Virus genome (UHGV): UHGV-1376965
Strand: one strand, 5' to 3'
Length of the DNA: 64,000 nt
From: a virus
In this document: in pieces, positions 31,127 through 41,505 of the stretch
How positions within the stretch are numbered: position 1 is the stretch's first letter
Layout of the letters: each line of letters starts with the position of its first letter
Translations under genes and position numbers: made by a program
Notes under the pieces: generated by a model
The model's database searches: none
What the model saw: only the letters and a program-made list of their open reading frames with translations
Told to the model about the DNA's origin: nothing

Positions 31127-31130
31127 ATTA

Positions 31131-31310
31131 ATGGCACGCAAATACAACAAATTGTCCCGTGAAGCGTTAAAGATGCTTCTTGATGGCGTGAGTCGCCGCA
31201 AGGTAAAGCAATACCTGGTTGGTAAGCAAATTGGAGTCAGGACCGCTATTGCTGTGTTATGCCGTCAGGAAATGGTTGTGCTTAAACAGAGAATGCCGGG
31301 CAGCAGATAA
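31131..31310 (+). CDS. small basic protein downstream of doc (P1 pdcA position)
   Basis: ATG with GGAG SD; 59 aa. Confidence 0.3.
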   Translation: MARKYNKLSREALKMLLDGVSRRKVKQYLVGKQIGVRTAIAVLCRQEMVVLKQRMPGSR

Positions 31311-31337
31311 AGCCCAATCAGTGATTAAAGGTGTGAT

Positions 31338-32381
31338 GTGAAAGCCGTAATTACTCCCTTTGTACAGAAAGAGCTTGGCCTCGCCACGTTCAAAGTGGAT
31401 CAGGAGGTCAGAAAGCTGGTGGAGGCTGGCCGTAAATTTATTATGGAGCCGGTGCCGCGTGAGTTAATCGAGCACATGGAAGACGGCCTCGTTGTTACCG
31501 AGCAAACCATGGCAACAAATGAGGCGTTGCAGCCGTTTTTTAACAGCGATGAACTGTTTCGCCGTATTGGTGGAATTGACGCGCTGGTGGCGTGGTTGCG
31601 TAGGAAAGAGGGTCAATGCCAGGCCGCAGATCGTAGTTGGTGTGACAACCATATTGTCCACGCTGAACGAGACAATAGCGCGGTGTTGTTGTGCTGGCAT
31701 CACGATAACCATTACCGGATGCGTGGTTTTAATGAGCTGAAAGAAACGCTGCACAATAATCGCGTTAACTGGATACTGGATGTCGCCCGTCAGGAAATGG
31801 GCCTTTCAAATAGCCATGATTTAAGTATTCAGGAGCTGTGCTGGTGGGCTTTCATGCGCAACATGATGCACCTGATGCCGGAAGAAGTCTGCCGCATATC
31901 AATAAATAAGATGAAGGCTACTCCGCAGGATAGCGGACCTCTGAAAGAGGCGGATATTCGCCCGTATGACGATCGCGCTACAGCATATGTTCAGATGATG
32001 GAAGAACGCGCCGCGCCGATGCGTGCAAAAGTATGCCCTGTGGATGTTGACGCCGACCCTGGCATGGCGCATTTCAAAATACCAAAACTTCAATCGCTAA
32101 AATTGCCCGAGTACATGGATTTTGTGGCTTCCCGTCCATGCTGTGGCTGTGGAGCTGCGGGAGCTGGCGCTCACATTACGCCTTATATCGTTCGTCATAG
32201 TCGATTATGCGCGCATGACATTTATGCTGTTCCTCTGTGCCAGTCATGCCAGCGTGATATTGAGCGTGACCGCGATAATTGGGAGAAGACGCACGGTAGG
32301 CTGGCGATGCATCAACGATTGTTCTTTGATTACGCGCTTGGAGTCGGCGCTATCACAAGTCATTCGTCGAGCGTTAGATAA
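31338..32381 (+). CDS. hypothetical protein with C-terminal Cys-rich cluster (P1 pdcB position)
   Basis: 347 aa; [14 protein letters not shown] ... CAHD ... CQSCQ. Confidence 0.4.
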   Translation: MKAVITPFVQKELGLATFKVDQEVRKLVEAGRKFIMEPVPRELIEHMEDGLVVTEQTMATNEALQPFFNSDELFRRIGGIDALVAWLRRKEGQCQAADRSWCDNHIVHAERDNSAVLLCWHHDNHYRMRGFNELKETLHNNRVNWILDVARQEMGLSNSHDLSIQELCWWAFMRNMMHLMPEEVCRISINKMKATPQDSGPLKEADIRPYDDRATAYVQMMEERAAPMRAKVCPVDVDADPGMAHFKIPKLQSLKLPEYMDFVASRPCCGCGAAGAGAHITPYIVRHSRLCAHDIYAVPLCQSCQRDIERDRDNWEKTHGRLAMHQRLFFDYALGVGAITSHSSSVR

Positions 32382-32382
32382 A

Positions 32383-32399
32383 ATTGCTCTAATGTATTG
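32383..32399 (+). promoter_or_regulatory. C1 operator-like site upstream of lpa
   Basis: attgctctaatgtattg, 14/17. Confidence 0.5.
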
Positions 32400-32499
32400 C
32401 TATTTCTTTAATCGAGGGTATTATATTCGACGTTGATTAGTTGACATGGGCTAATCAGTAGGTGACAGGATGTTACTTAACTGGCAGGGACGCCACTTC

Positions 32500-32922
32500 A
32501 TGGAAATAAATCACTCACGAATAACATCGTACGAGATTGCGGATTACATGATCCGCACTAAATCTCTTCTATCAGCGAAAGATCTCGCAGCAATTCTTGA
32601 AAAGGAATACCCGCATCTGGATGTCGATAAGCGCGATGTTTATCTGCGCTTAAAGGCTATCGCTGTGTCTAAGTATTCGTCTGTTTTGATTGATGACAGT
32701 ACACGCCCACGTAGATTTCAGATCCACTCTCTGAATCCTGAATTCTTTCGCCGCAGCCGCGCTCCGCGCCGGTTTGATGAAAAACTCCAGAACGAACTCT
32801 ATATGACGCAGGACGAAAAGGAACGCCGGGAGCACCAGCCTTGGGTGATGGCGCGTCAACTTTTCAATAAGGTGGTCCGTCAGCACCGTCATTACGGTAA
32901 TGCCACATCCGCACGTATCTGA
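32500..32922 (+). CDS. lpa: late promoter activator (positional assignment)
   Basis: About 140-aa basic protein just upstream of pacA, preceded by a C1 operator as expected for P1 lpa. Confidence 0.5.
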   Translation: MEINHSRITSYEIADYMIRTKSLLSAKDLAAILEKEYPHLDVDKRDVYLRLKAIAVSKYSSVLIDDSTRPRRFQIHSLNPEFFRRSRAPRRFDEKLQNELYMTQDEKERREHQPWVMARQLFNKVVRQHRHYGNATSARI

Positions 32923-33008
32923 TTGATTGCTTGCCCGTTCCGGGCCTTTTGACATGTGACTTTCGTTACCCTCGCGTCAAAAAGAGTTTTATACGAAAGG
33001 AAGCATAA

Positions 33009-34202
33009 GTGACCTGGGACGATCACAAGAAGAATTTTGCTCGCCTGGCGCGAGATGGTGGTTACACCATCGCACAATATGCCGCCGAGTTTAATCTCAA
33101 CCCAAACACCGCACGTCGTTATCTCCGTGCATTCAAAGAAGACACCGGAACAGCGGACAGCCGTAAGCCAAATAAGCCTGTCAGAAAACCACTAAAAAGC
33201 ATGATCATTGATCACGCTAATGATCAACGTGCAGGTGATCACATTGTGGCTGAAATGGCTGAAAAACAAAGAGTTAATGCTGTTGTCAGTGCCGCAGTCG
33301 AGAACGCGAAGCGCCAGAATAAGCGCATAAATGATCGTTCTGATGATCATGACGTGATCACCCGCGCCCACCGGACCTTACGTGATCGCCTGGAACGCGA
33401 CACCCTGGATGATGATGGTGAACGCTTTGAATTCGAAGCTGGCGATTACCTGATAGATAACGTTGAAGCGCGGAAGGCCGCGCGCGCTATGTTGCGTCGG
33501 TCCGGGGCCGATGTTCTGGAAACCACTCTTCTGGAAAAGTCTCTTTCTCATCTCCTTATGCTGGAGAACGCCAGGGATACGTGTATTCGCCTGGTGCAGG
33601 AAATGCGCGATCAGCAAAAAGACGATGATGAAGGTACTCCGCCTGAATACCGTATCGCGAGCATGCTAAACAGCTGTTCCGCGCAGATAAGCAGCCTGAT
33701 CAACACCATTTACAGCATCCGGAATAACTATCGAAAAGAAAGCCGGGAGGCGGAAAAGCACGCTTTGTCTATGGGGCAAGCTGGCATTGTTAAGCTGGCA
33801 TACGAACGAAAGCGTGAAAATAACTGGTCAGTGCTGGAAGCAGCTGAATTCATCGAGGCGCATGGCGGGAAAGTGCCGCCCCTGATGCTGGAGCAAATCA
33901 AAGCCGATCTGCGTGCTCCTAAGACCAATACCGATGATGAGGAAAGGCAAACAGCCGTCGGTGGCCCTTCTCTTGAAGATCTGGACAAAGTTGCGCGAGA
34001 ACGGGCCGCCAACCGCCGCGCCGATGCCGCATTGTGGATTGAGCAGCGTAGGGAAGAAATCGCCGATATCGTTGATACAGGCGGTTATGGAGATGTTGAT
34101 ACTGAAGGTGTATCAAACGACCCATGGCTGGAACAAGACCTGGACGAAGACGAGGAGGAAGACGAAGAAGTTACCCGCAAGCTATACGGGGATGATGATT
34201 AA
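33009..34202 (+). CDS. pacA: terminase small subunit
   Basis: 397 aa; contains the pac hexamer cluster; N-terminal HTH-like ARRYL; acidic C-terminus; precedes large terminase. Confidence 0.8.
   Translation: MTWDDHKKNFARLARDGGYTIAQYAAEFNLNPNTARRYLRAFKEDTGTADSRKPNKPVRKPLKSMIIDHANDQRAGDHIVAEMAEKQRVNAVVSAAVENAKRQNKRINDRSDDHDVITRAHRTLRDRLERDTLDDDGERFEFEAGDYLIDNVEARKAARAMLRRSGADVLETTLLEKSLSHLLMLENARDTCIRLVQEMRDQQKDDDEGTPPEYRIASMLNSCSAQISSLINTIYSIRNNYRKESREAEKHALSMGQAGIVKLAYERKRENNWSVLEAAEFIEAHGGKVPPLMLEQIKADLRAPKTNTDDEERQTAVGGPSLEDLDKVARERAANRRADAALWIEQRREEIADIVDTGGYGDVDTEGVSNDPWLEQDLDEDEEEDEEVTRKLYGDDD
33202..33361. repeat. pac packaging site: two clusters of TGATCA/G hexamers carrying Dam GATC sites
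   Basis: Four TGATCA hexamers at 33202-33241 and three at 33331-33361, separated by about 90 bp, matching the P1 pac layout. Confidence 0.8.
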
Positions 34203-35686
34203 TGGCCAGAAGTTGCGTAACGGATCCACGTTGGCGCGAGCTGGTGGCGCTATATCGTTATGACTGGATTGCGGCCGCTGATGTTTTGTTCGGCAAAACA
34301 CCTACCTGGCAGCAGGATCTGATTATTGAGTCTGTGCAGGAACAGGGTAGCAAGACATCTGTTTCGTCTGGTCACGGTACCGGGAAATCAGACATGACTT
34401 CTATCATGATCATGTTGTTCATAATCATGTATCCAGGTGCCCGTGCCATTATCGTTGCGAACAAAATTCAGCAGGTAATGACCGGTATATTCAAGTACAT
34501 CAAGATAAACTGGGCTACTGCCACCAGCCGTTTCCCATGGCTTGCTGATTATTTTGTTCTGACAGAAACCGCTTTCTATGAGATTACTGGTAAAGGTGTA
34601 TGGACTGTAGTACCGAAGGGCTTTCGTCTGGGAAGTGAAGAAGCTCTCGCCGGTGAACACGCAGATCATCTTCTGTATATTATCGATGAAGCCTCCGGTG
34701 TCAGTGATAGAGCTTTCGGTATCATCACCGGTGCTCTTACCGGACAGGATAACCGCATCTTATTGCTGTCACAGCCTACACGCCCAAGCGGCTATTTCTA
34801 CGATACACACCATAAACTGGCCAAGCGTCCTGGTAACCCTGATGGCGTTTATACGGCGATCACGCTTAACAGTGAGGAATCACCGTTGGTAACGCCAGCA
34901 TTTATCAAAATGAAGCTGGCGGAGTACGGCGGGCGTGATAACCCTATGTACATGATTAAGGTACGCGGCCTATTCCCTAAATCACAGGATGGCTTCCTTC
35001 TTGGACGTGATGAGGTTGAACGTGCAACGCGGCGGAAAGTCAAGATTGCAAAAGGATGGGGCTGGCTTGCATGTGTGGACGTTGCTGGTGGTACGGGACG
35101 GGATAAGTCCGTTATCAATATCATGATGGTGTCCGGCCAGCGAAATAAACGCCGTGTAATCAACTATCGAATGCTGGAATACACAGACGTTACAGAAACG
35201 CAGCTTGCCGCCAAAATTTTCGCAGAATGTAATCCTGAGCGATTCCCAAATATCACCATAGCGATAGACGGCGATGGCCTGGGTAAAGCAACGGCGGATC
35301 TGATGTACGAGTATTATGGTATTACCGTACAGCGTATACGCTGGGGTAAAAAGATGCATAGCCGTGAAGATAAGAGCCTGTACTTTGATAAACGTGCTTA
35401 TGCCAACGTTCAAGCCGCAGAGGCCGTAAAATCTGGTCGTATGAGACTGGATAAGGGTAATGAAACTATTGAGGAAGCGTCGAAAATCCCTGTAGGGATT
35501 AACTCCGCAGGTCAATGGAAGGTGATGAGTAAGGAGGATATGAAGAAAAAACTCAACCTGCACTCACCAGACCATTGGGATACATATTGTTTCGCTATGC
35601 TGGCTGATTATGTTCCCCAGGATGAAGTGCTTAGCGTCGAAGACGAAGCGCAGGTTGATGAAGCTCTGGCATGGCTTAATGAATAA
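34202..35686 (+). CDS. pacB: terminase large subunit
   Basis: 494 aa; Walker A-like SGHGTGKS; start overlaps pacA stop. Confidence 0.8.
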   Translation: MARSCVTDPRWRELVALYRYDWIAAADVLFGKTPTWQQDLIIESVQEQGSKTSVSSGHGTGKSDMTSIMIMLFIIMYPGARAIIVANKIQQVMTGIFKYIKINWATATSRFPWLADYFVLTETAFYEITGKGVWTVVPKGFRLGSEEALAGEHADHLLYIIDEASGVSDRAFGIITGALTGQDNRILLLSQPTRPSGYFYDTHHKLAKRPGNPDGVYTAITLNSEESPLVTPAFIKMKLAEYGGRDNPMYMIKVRGLFPKSQDGFLLGRDEVERATRRKVKIAKGWGWLACVDVAGGTGRDKSVINIMMVSGQRNKRRVINYRMLEYTDVTETQLAAKIFAECNPERFPNITIAIDGDGLGKATADLMYEYYGITVQRIRWGKKMHSREDKSLYFDKRAYANVQAAEAVKSGRMRLDKGNETIEEASKIPVGINSAGQWKVMSKEDMKKKLNLHSPDHWDTYCFAMLADYVPQDEVLSVEDEAQVDEALAWLNE

Positions 35687-35710
35687 CTCATTGACCATGC
35701 CGGATAGAAA

Positions 35711-36562
35711 CTATTGCGCGCTTTCGGGGTTGTCGTTTACTGGCTGCCCCTTCTTAGTTTTACGGCTGCGCGTAACTGATGCGGCTGATTTGACCTTTTT
35801 CTCTTCGCGAGTGATGGCAATTTGTTTTTTTACATTTTCAATATCTGCCAGGCGATATATTTTTGCCTGCGGCCAGCGGTCGCAGATGATCGGTTCTATA
35901 GAGTCATAAAGGCTAAATTTTGCTTTCTCGAATTCACCGTTGATGATGATTCCATCACGGAGAGTTTCATCGCAGATAAACACACCACACAGCGGCACAT
36001 GGTAACTAACTGATTTACCATCATTGTAGTTAGGGCTACTGGAAATGTAGTGGACGCGCAGCATTGTTTCGCTAAAGCCGTGTACACGCATACGGAATTT
36101 TTCATCCTCCGGGTACTGCTTCATTAGCTCTTTTGTTGCTTCCAGGTTCTCTATGTATTTCGCACTGTGCTCATTGATCCCCGCGCTTTTCTGGATGCGA
36201 ATGTCCTTATCAATCAGATGAATAATGCGGCCAGCGGTCATGTTGACGCTGTTCACAGCTTCTGTCTGATAAGTCGTAACCTTACGCACACCGCGAAGGA
36301 TGTTAGGCACAGGATATAAAATAGTCTTTGGGATATTGAGGTCTGGGTACTGTTCCAGTTCCCGCGCCATTAAAGTCCATTTATCAATTTCAGCCTGAAT
36401 GCTGTCCGTTTCTTTGAACGGCAGAACGACAACCGGGCGTACAGGACGACCGTCGCTGGCGGCATCAACGTGTTGGGCGCGTGCAACAGCTTTTTTTAGA
36501 AAGAGATCCCTGAAGCTGACGAACTCCTGGTACAGTTGTTCGCCGTAGACATAATTTATCAT
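35711..36562 (-). CDS. c1: C1 repressor of lysogeny
   Basis: 283 aa beginning MINYVYGEQLYQEF, matching P1 C1 as recalled; convergent with pacB; operator upstream. Confidence 0.9.
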   Translation of the reverse strand: MINYVYGEQLYQEFVSFRDLFLKKAVARAQHVDAASDGRPVRPVVVLPFKETDSIQAEIDKWTLMARELEQYPDLNIPKTILYPVPNILRGVRKVTTYQTEAVNSVNMTAGRIIHLIDKDIRIQKSAGINEHSAKYIENLEATKELMKQYPEDEKFRMRVHGFSETMLRVHYISSSPNYNDGKSVSYHVPLCGVFICDETLRDGIIINGEFEKAKFSLYDSIEPIICDRWPQAKIYRLADIENVKKQIAITREEKKVKSAASVTRSRKTKKGQPVNDNPESAQ

Positions 36563-36656
36563 TGATCCTCCTCCAGAATTGACATGGCCAACAACTCACA
36601 GCGGATTACACTGGGAGTTGTTGGCCACCATTATAGAAGGATCCAACGAAAATAAT

Positions 36657-36673
36657 AGATTTATTAGTGCATT
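36657..36673 (-). promoter_or_regulatory. C1 operator-like site upstream of c1 (autoregulation)
   Basis: agatttattagtgcatt, about 14/17 to reverse-complement consensus. Confidence 0.5.
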
Positions 36674-36882
36674 TATTGTGAGTCTGGCTGGTTAGTGGCC
36701 ATGAGATATTCGATTGTGTCAGTGAGATCATCCAGGTCGTCTTGGGTGATGCGGTACTCCTGATTGGATATCTTTGAGTAGTGTTCAGCAATGGCGCGGG
36801 CAGCGTCGGTTTCGGCGGGGTCTACAGATAAAGCGTTAGAGCAATGTCTAACGTCGTCGATGGTTGGTGGAATGAAAGCCAT
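36673..36882 (-). CDS. coi: C1 inactivator
   Basis: 69-aa acidic protein immediately upstream of c1 on the same strand. Confidence 0.65.
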   Translation of the reverse strand: MAFIPPTIDDVRHCSNALSVDPAETDAARAIAEHYSKISNQEYRITQDDLDDLTDTIEYLMATNQPDSQ

Positions 36883-37120
36883 AATTATGCCTCACTGTAT
36901 TGACAACACAGAGCCTGAAGCTCTGACCTACTGTTTCACCCATGATCCATGCTGGGGTAATCTAACAACATTGCGCTGTGTGTAAGATGAGCAATGCATA
37001 GCTGTAATGCCGTTGTATAAGGTTTCCCTGTTTGCTCATTTCCTTCTGAGCCGCTCTACAACGCTGAAGACACATTAAATAGTGAATCCAAAGTCGTATT
37101 ACGAAACGGCGGCAAAACTA

Positions 37121-37137
37121 TAATTTATTAGAGCAAT
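37121..37137 (-). promoter_or_regulatory. C1 operator (taatttattagagcaat)
   Basis: 16/17 to reverse-complement consensus. Confidence 0.6.
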
Positions 37138-37203
37138 TGTCAAACAACTATGAAAAACAATCCAGTTTTTGGCTGGTGGAGTGGGATTTTTCTCTCAAAA
37201 TTT

Positions 37204-37220
37204 ATTGCTCTAATAATTCT
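37204..37220 (+). promoter_or_regulatory. C1 operator-like site
   Basis: attgctctaataattct, 15/17. Confidence 0.55.
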
Positions 37221-37263
37221 TGATTTTTATGCGCAGCTGGACGTAAACTCCTCTTCAGACCTA

Positions 37264-37297
37264 ATAACTTCGTATAGCATACATTATACGAAGTTAT
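37264..37297. other. loxP recombination site
   Basis: Exact ATAACTTCGTATA-GCATACAT-TATACGAAGTTAT. Confidence 0.98.
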
Positions 37298-37316
37298 CTT
37301 AAGGGTTATTGAACAT

Positions 37317-37389
37317 GATCAATTTACCTGTAAATCCATACAGTTCAATACCTTATCAGGTCAAATAGTGATCACTTGATCATTTGATC
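37317..37389. promoter_or_regulatory. GATC (Dam site) cluster in the cre upstream region
   Basis: GATC at 37317, 37370, 37378, 37386; three within 20 bp inside overlapping palindromes. Confidence 0.5.
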
Positions 37390-37486
37390 AAGGTTGCGCT
37401 ACGTAAAATCTGCGAAATGTTGGCAGTGTTAGTGCTCCAGATTTCGCGTAGCGCACTTAGCACCACCAATCAATCAGAGGTGAAAA

Positions 37487-37708
37487 ATGGGATATTCAGC
37501 TGCTAAAGTGTCCACTCATCTTGAGCTTGAGAAAAACCGTGGTTACTGGCGGGCAAAAGGGTTTGATCGTGATAGTTGTCAACTGTCATTATCGCGCGGT
37601 GAAGAGAAAATAGAACGCACGCGCGGTCGCTGGCGTTTCTATGACGAGAACCATAAACAGGTAAAGGCAGAGCCGATCCTGTACACTTTACTTAAAACCA
37701 TTATCTGA
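37487..37708 (+). CDS. small ORF in cre leader (uncertain)
   Basis: 73 aa; GAGGTG SD 5 nt before ATG; ends 8 nt before cre. Confidence 0.25.
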   Translation: MGYSAAKVSTHLELEKNRGYWRAKGFDRDSCQLSLSRGEEKIERTRGRWRFYDENHKQVKAEPILYTLLKTII

Positions 37709-37715
37709 GTGTTAA

Positions 37716-38747
37716 ATGTCCAATTTACTGACCGTACACCAAAATTTGCCTGCATTACCGGTCGATGCAACGAGTGATGAGGTTCGCAAGAACCTGATGG
37801 ACATGTTCAGGGATCGCCAGGCGTTTTCTGAGCATACCTGGAAAATGCTTCTGTCCGTTTGCCGGTCGTGGGCGGCATGGTGCAAGTTGAATAACCGGAA
37901 ATGGTTTCCCGCAGAACCTGAAGATGTTCGCGATTATCTTCTATATCTTCAGGCGCGCGGTCTGGCTGTAAAAACTATCCAGCAACATTTGGGCCAGCTA
38001 AACATGCTTCATCGTCGGTCCGGGCTGCCACGACCAAGTGACAGTAATGCTGTTTCACTGGTCATGCGACGGATCCGAAAAGAAAACGTTGATGCCGGTG
38101 AACGTGCAAAACAGGCACTGGCGTTCGAACGCACTGATTTCGACCAGGTTCGTTCACTCATGGAAAATAGCGATCGCTGCCAGGATATACGTAATCTGGC
38201 ATTTCTGGGGATTGCTTATAACACCCTATTACGTATAGCCGAAATTGCCAGGATCAGGGTTAAAGATATCTCACGTACTGACGGTGGGAGAATGTTAATC
38301 CATATTGGCAGAACGAAAACGCTGGTTAGCACCGCAGGTGTAGAGAAGGCACTTAGCCTGGGGGTAACTAAACTGGTCGAGCGATGGATTTCTGTCTCTG
38401 GTGTGGCTGATGATCCGAATAACTACTTGTTTTGCCGTGTCAGAAAAAATGGTGTTGCCGCGCCATCTGCCACCAGCCAGCTATCAACTCGCGCCCTGGA
38501 AGGGATTTTTGAAGCAACTCATCGATTGATTTACGGCGCTAAGGATGACTCTGGTCAGAGATACCTGGCCTGGTCTGGACACAGTGCCCGTGTCGGAGCC
38601 GCGCGAGATATGGCCCGCGCCGGAGTTTCAATACCGGAGATCATGCAAGCTGGTGGCTGGACCAACGTAAATATTGTCATGAACTATATCCGTAACCTGG
38701 ATAGTGAAACGGGGGCAATGGTGCGCCTGCTGGAAGATGGCGATTAG
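37716..38747 (+). CDS. cre: Cre tyrosine recombinase
   Basis: 343 aa beginning MSNLLTVHQNLPALPVDATSDEVRKNLMDMF; matches canonical Cre as recalled; loxP about 420 bp upstream. Confidence 0.98.
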   Translation: MSNLLTVHQNLPALPVDATSDEVRKNLMDMFRDRQAFSEHTWKMLLSVCRSWAAWCKLNNRKWFPAEPEDVRDYLLYLQARGLAVKTIQQHLGQLNMLHRRSGLPRPSDSNAVSLVMRRIRKENVDAGERAKQALAFERTDFDQVRSLMENSDRCQDIRNLAFLGIAYNTLLRIAEIARIRVKDISRTDGGRMLIHIGRTKTLVSTAGVEKALSLGVTKLVERWISVSGVADDPNNYLFCRVRKNGVAAPSATSQLSTRALEGIFEATHRLIYGAKDDSGQRYLAWSGHSARVGAARDMARAGVSIPEIMQAGGWTNVNIVMNYIRNLDSETGAMVRLLEDGD

Positions 38748-38764
38748 CCGTTCATTTGCGTTTG

Positions 38765-38781
38765 ATTGCTCTAATCATTTG
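38765..38781 (+). promoter_or_regulatory. C1 operator-like site
   Basis: attgctctaatcatttg. Confidence 0.5.
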
Positions 38782-38797
38782 ATATTTATGGTGACAC

Positions 38798-39109
38798 ATG
38801 CGGAAGGATTTCAAAATAGACGGAAAATATGTGGTGCTGTCTGTAAGCTCTCAAATTCAGTCACCATCTGTCATTGTCACCGTAAAGTTGAGCGATAGGA
38901 TGCCTGATATCGACTCGATATCTGTTGCGTTCCCCGTTAAAAGTATGCGGAGTGCTGAACATTTTGTGATGAATGCAACGGAGGAGGAAGCGCGGCGCGG
39001 GCTTACTAGAGTGATGGCGGAATTTGGCGAACTCCTGGGTAAGGTAAACAATGCCCTTTCAATCAGTTCAGCAAGATCCAAAGCGTTAACAGCTTCCATG
39101 ATGAAATAA
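38798..39109 (+). CDS. cra: small protein downstream of cre (positional)
   Basis: 103-aa ORF at the P1 cra position; no motif recognised. Confidence 0.45.
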   Translation: MRKDFKIDGKYVVLSVSSQIQSPSVIVTVKLSDRMPDIDSISVAFPVKSMRSAEHFVMNATEEEARRGLTRVMAEFGELLGKVNNALSISSARSKALTASMMK

Positions 39110-39137
39110 AAAAAGCCTGGCAAGGAGCCAGGCTGCA
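39108..39137 (-). terminator. intrinsic terminator oriented for leftward transcription
   Basis: Hairpin gcctggc-aagga-gccaggc preceded on the + strand by an A run (a U run on the minus-strand transcript). Confidence 0.4.
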
Positions 39138-39240
39138 CAAAAGAGCGGGTTTGTATTCCGCATCCAATCAATCAAGAAGGAGTATAGCACACAGGTACTG
39201 AAGTGAAAAAATGTGATTCGCGATTAACAAAATATCTACC

Positions 39241-39257
39241 ATTGCTCTAATTGATTG
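39241..39257 (+). promoter_or_regulatory. C1 operator-like site upstream of ref
   Basis: attgctctaattgattg followed by a partial second copy attgctataatt. Confidence 0.55.
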
Positions 39258-39355
39258 CTATAATTAAGCCGCAGTTTTTGTCAACTACGAAGACGTTGCC
39301 ATTACTTAACTCCTTGACATCATTGGCGGCCATTAGGCCGCCTTTTTTTTGCCAT

Positions 39356-39916
39356 ATGAAAACAATCGAACAAAAACTTGAACAGCGCCGCGAGTGGCAG
39401 AAGGCAGCCAGAGAACGAGCGATCGCTCGGCAACGGGAAAAGTTGGCTGACCCCGCCTGGCGAGAATCGCAATATCAGAAAATGCGGGATTCTATCGACC
39501 GCCGTATCGCTAAACAGAAAGAGCGCCCACCAGCCAGCAAAACGCGGAAAAGTGCGGTAAAGATAAAATCTCGTGGCTTGAAGGGGCGAACATCGACAGC
39601 GGAGGAACGGAGCATCGCCAATGCTCTTGGCGCTCTCCCCTGCATTGCCTGCTACATGCATGGAGTAATATCTGAAGAGGTATCTCTGCACCATATCTCC
39701 GGTCGTACCGCGCCGGGTTGTCACAAAAAGCAATTGCCCCTTTGTAGATGGCACCACCAGCATGCAGCACCGGCTGAAGTAAGAGAAAAATACCCCTGGC
39801 TGGTCCCTGTTCATGCCGATGGTGTGGTTGGAGGCAAGAAAGAATTCACCTTGCTGAACAAGTCAGAGATGGAGTTGCTGGCTGACGCCTATGAGATGGC
39901 AAACATCATGCACTAA
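39356..39916 (+). CDS. ref: Ref, RecA-dependent HNH endonuclease
   Basis: 186 aa; basic N-terminus; Cys/His HNH core CIACYMHG ... HHISG ... CHKKQLPLCRWHHQ. Confidence 0.8.
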   Translation: MKTIEQKLEQRREWQKAARERAIARQREKLADPAWRESQYQKMRDSIDRRIAKQKERPPASKTRKSAVKIKSRGLKGRTSTAEERSIANALGALPCIACYMHGVISEEVSLHHISGRTAPGCHKKQLPLCRWHHQHAAPAEVREKYPWLVPVHADGVVGGKKEFTLLNKSEMELLADAYEMANIMH

Positions 39917-40105
39917 TAAATATATTATTTTTAATCTGAAATAATTGACAACTGACAAGTGACTTCAGTCAGAATCATCACATGCCCGGTACGGATGGAT
40001 CCCTTTTCAAATATTCCATGGACGGCACAGTCTGAGTACCGGGCGCTACCTTCAGTTGTATTGCTAAGCCGCCGCTGGTGGCTTTTCTTTTTTGTAGGGG
40101 GCGCT

Positions 40106-40747
40106 ATGGATAAGAAAATATGCGTTGTTTCAATGAGCGTCGGCAAACCGGCGTCAATGACTGCTGCATGGATCAACAATGAGCTGATAATGGCTGAGCG
40201 GACCAGCTACCCTGAACGCCGCCGCGATATGGAACTCCAGCTGCTGCGCGAATTGCGAGAAAAAGAGGAAAAGGGTTTTATCGTGCTGGTGGAAGAGGAA
40301 AACAGCTTTATTACTGGTCGAGTTGGCCAGCGTGTAAGGTTGCGCGATCCCTTCATGAACGGCAGGCCGGTACTGATTGAAGCAATGCAGATTTACAAGG
40401 AGCTGGAACGCCAGAAAGCGATCAAGTTACCGCGCAAGGAATCCGGCAAATACATCCTCCACCAAAGCATCTTCGATTCCGAACACGATAAAAAAGGCGA
40501 TGAATTTTTCAACATCAACTGGAGTGAAATAACGACAGAGCATGTTCTGACGTTACTATGTTGCTTTGCGACGGAATACAACAACGTTGCCAGCGCCGAC
40601 TACATCAGGGCAATGGCTGGAGAAGTTGAGGCCCGCCAGGAACCATCGTTACTAAGCCCTCTGATTAACATAATTCGCGGAACCCAAACACTGGCGCAAA
40701 AACAAGTACCACGAGGGGAATTGACGGGTAAAGGTAATTATCTCTGA
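40106..40747 (+). CDS. hypothetical protein (P1 mat position)
   Basis: ATG with AGGGGG SD; 213 aa; no recognisable domain. Confidence 0.4.
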   Translation: MDKKICVVSMSVGKPASMTAAWINNELIMAERTSYPERRRDMELQLLRELREKEEKGFIVLVEEENSFITGRVGQRVRLRDPFMNGRPVLIEAMQIYKELERQKAIKLPRKESGKYILHQSIFDSEHDKKGDEFFNINWSEITTEHVLTLLCCFATEYNNVASADYIRAMAGEVEARQEPSLLSPLINIIRGTQTLAQKQVPRGELTGKGNYL

Positions 40748-40786
40748 AAGATGCCCGGCGACAGACCGGGCAAAAGGGCGGAAAGT

Positions 40787-41035
40787 TTAATCAGCATTCA
40801 GGAGCAATGCGTTATCTATGATGATCTGCTCCCATTCTTCGAATGCCCGATCGCGGACGCCCTGGGGAACACTGTTAGTTTTGAAATCGACCACCGTCCG
40901 CCATTTCCCGTCCGGGCGGTACATGCGCAGAGCTTTACTTCCCCCTTCCCTGCGCACCTCAACGTTATGCTTATCAGCAAACTCTTGTAATGCTCGTAGC
41001 GTCCCATGCTTTACTGTGTAGTATCGCTTTTTCAA
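40787..41035 (-). CDS. small protein (P1 lxc position)
   Basis: 82 aa; last gene of the leftward darB-ulx-lxc unit. Confidence 0.4.
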   Translation of the reverse strand: MKKRYYTVKHGTLRALQEFADKHNVEVRREGGSKALRMYRPDGKWRTVVDFKTNSVPQGVRDRAFEEWEQIIIDNALLLNAD

Positions 41036-41472
41036 GTTTTCTCTCCAGCCTGTGCCAAGGCTTCAACTTCCAAATCGTAAGACTCAAACTCATAGTCCTG
41101 GTCGTCAACTTCTTCAGGCACTGGCAGTAAATGCCAGGCTGAGTATATCTGACCATTATCAAAACGCTCCTGGCTGTAGAGCGTCGCGGCTATGAGTGTT
41201 AGCGCCGGGCGGTCATAACGGTAAATTTTGCGAACGTCACGGTCAACGAGACGACCGAAATTACCATAACCGCGCTCCAGTAATAATTTTTTAATTTCCG
41301 GCCAGTATGGGCCATAGCTGCGGTACAGGCGGGGATTTTTCAGTAATCGCCCGCGTAGCCCTGACAGGAAGAAATCAACGTATTCGTCTTCTGTCTTTCC
41401 TAACAATGCCGTACGCAGTACCGCCTCAAGATATGTTTTATTCGGTTTTATTGTATCAGATAGTGTGGCCAT
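41032..41472 (-). CDS. ulx: small protein immediately downstream of darB (P1 ulx position)
   Basis: 146 aa; coupled to darB (34 nt gap) and overlapping the next gene. Confidence 0.45.
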   Translation of the reverse strand: MATLSDTIKPNKTYLEAVLRTALLGKTEDEYVDFFLSGLRGRLLKNPRLYRSYGPYWPEIKKLLLERGYGNFGRLVDRDVRKIYRYDRPALTLIAATLYSQERFDNGQIYSAWHLLPVPEEVDDQDYEFESYDLEVEALAQAGEKT

Positions 41473-41505
41473 ATTATGCGACGCCCGGCGAACCGGGCGC
41501 TCCTG

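Noticed and set aside
37264-38747. Reading lox-cre as a chromosomal integration module
   Set aside because: Cre with a single loxP next to c1, pac and the Dar genes is the plasmid dimer-resolution system of P1-type phage-plasmids; no host flanking sequence or att-type duplication is visible in the window.
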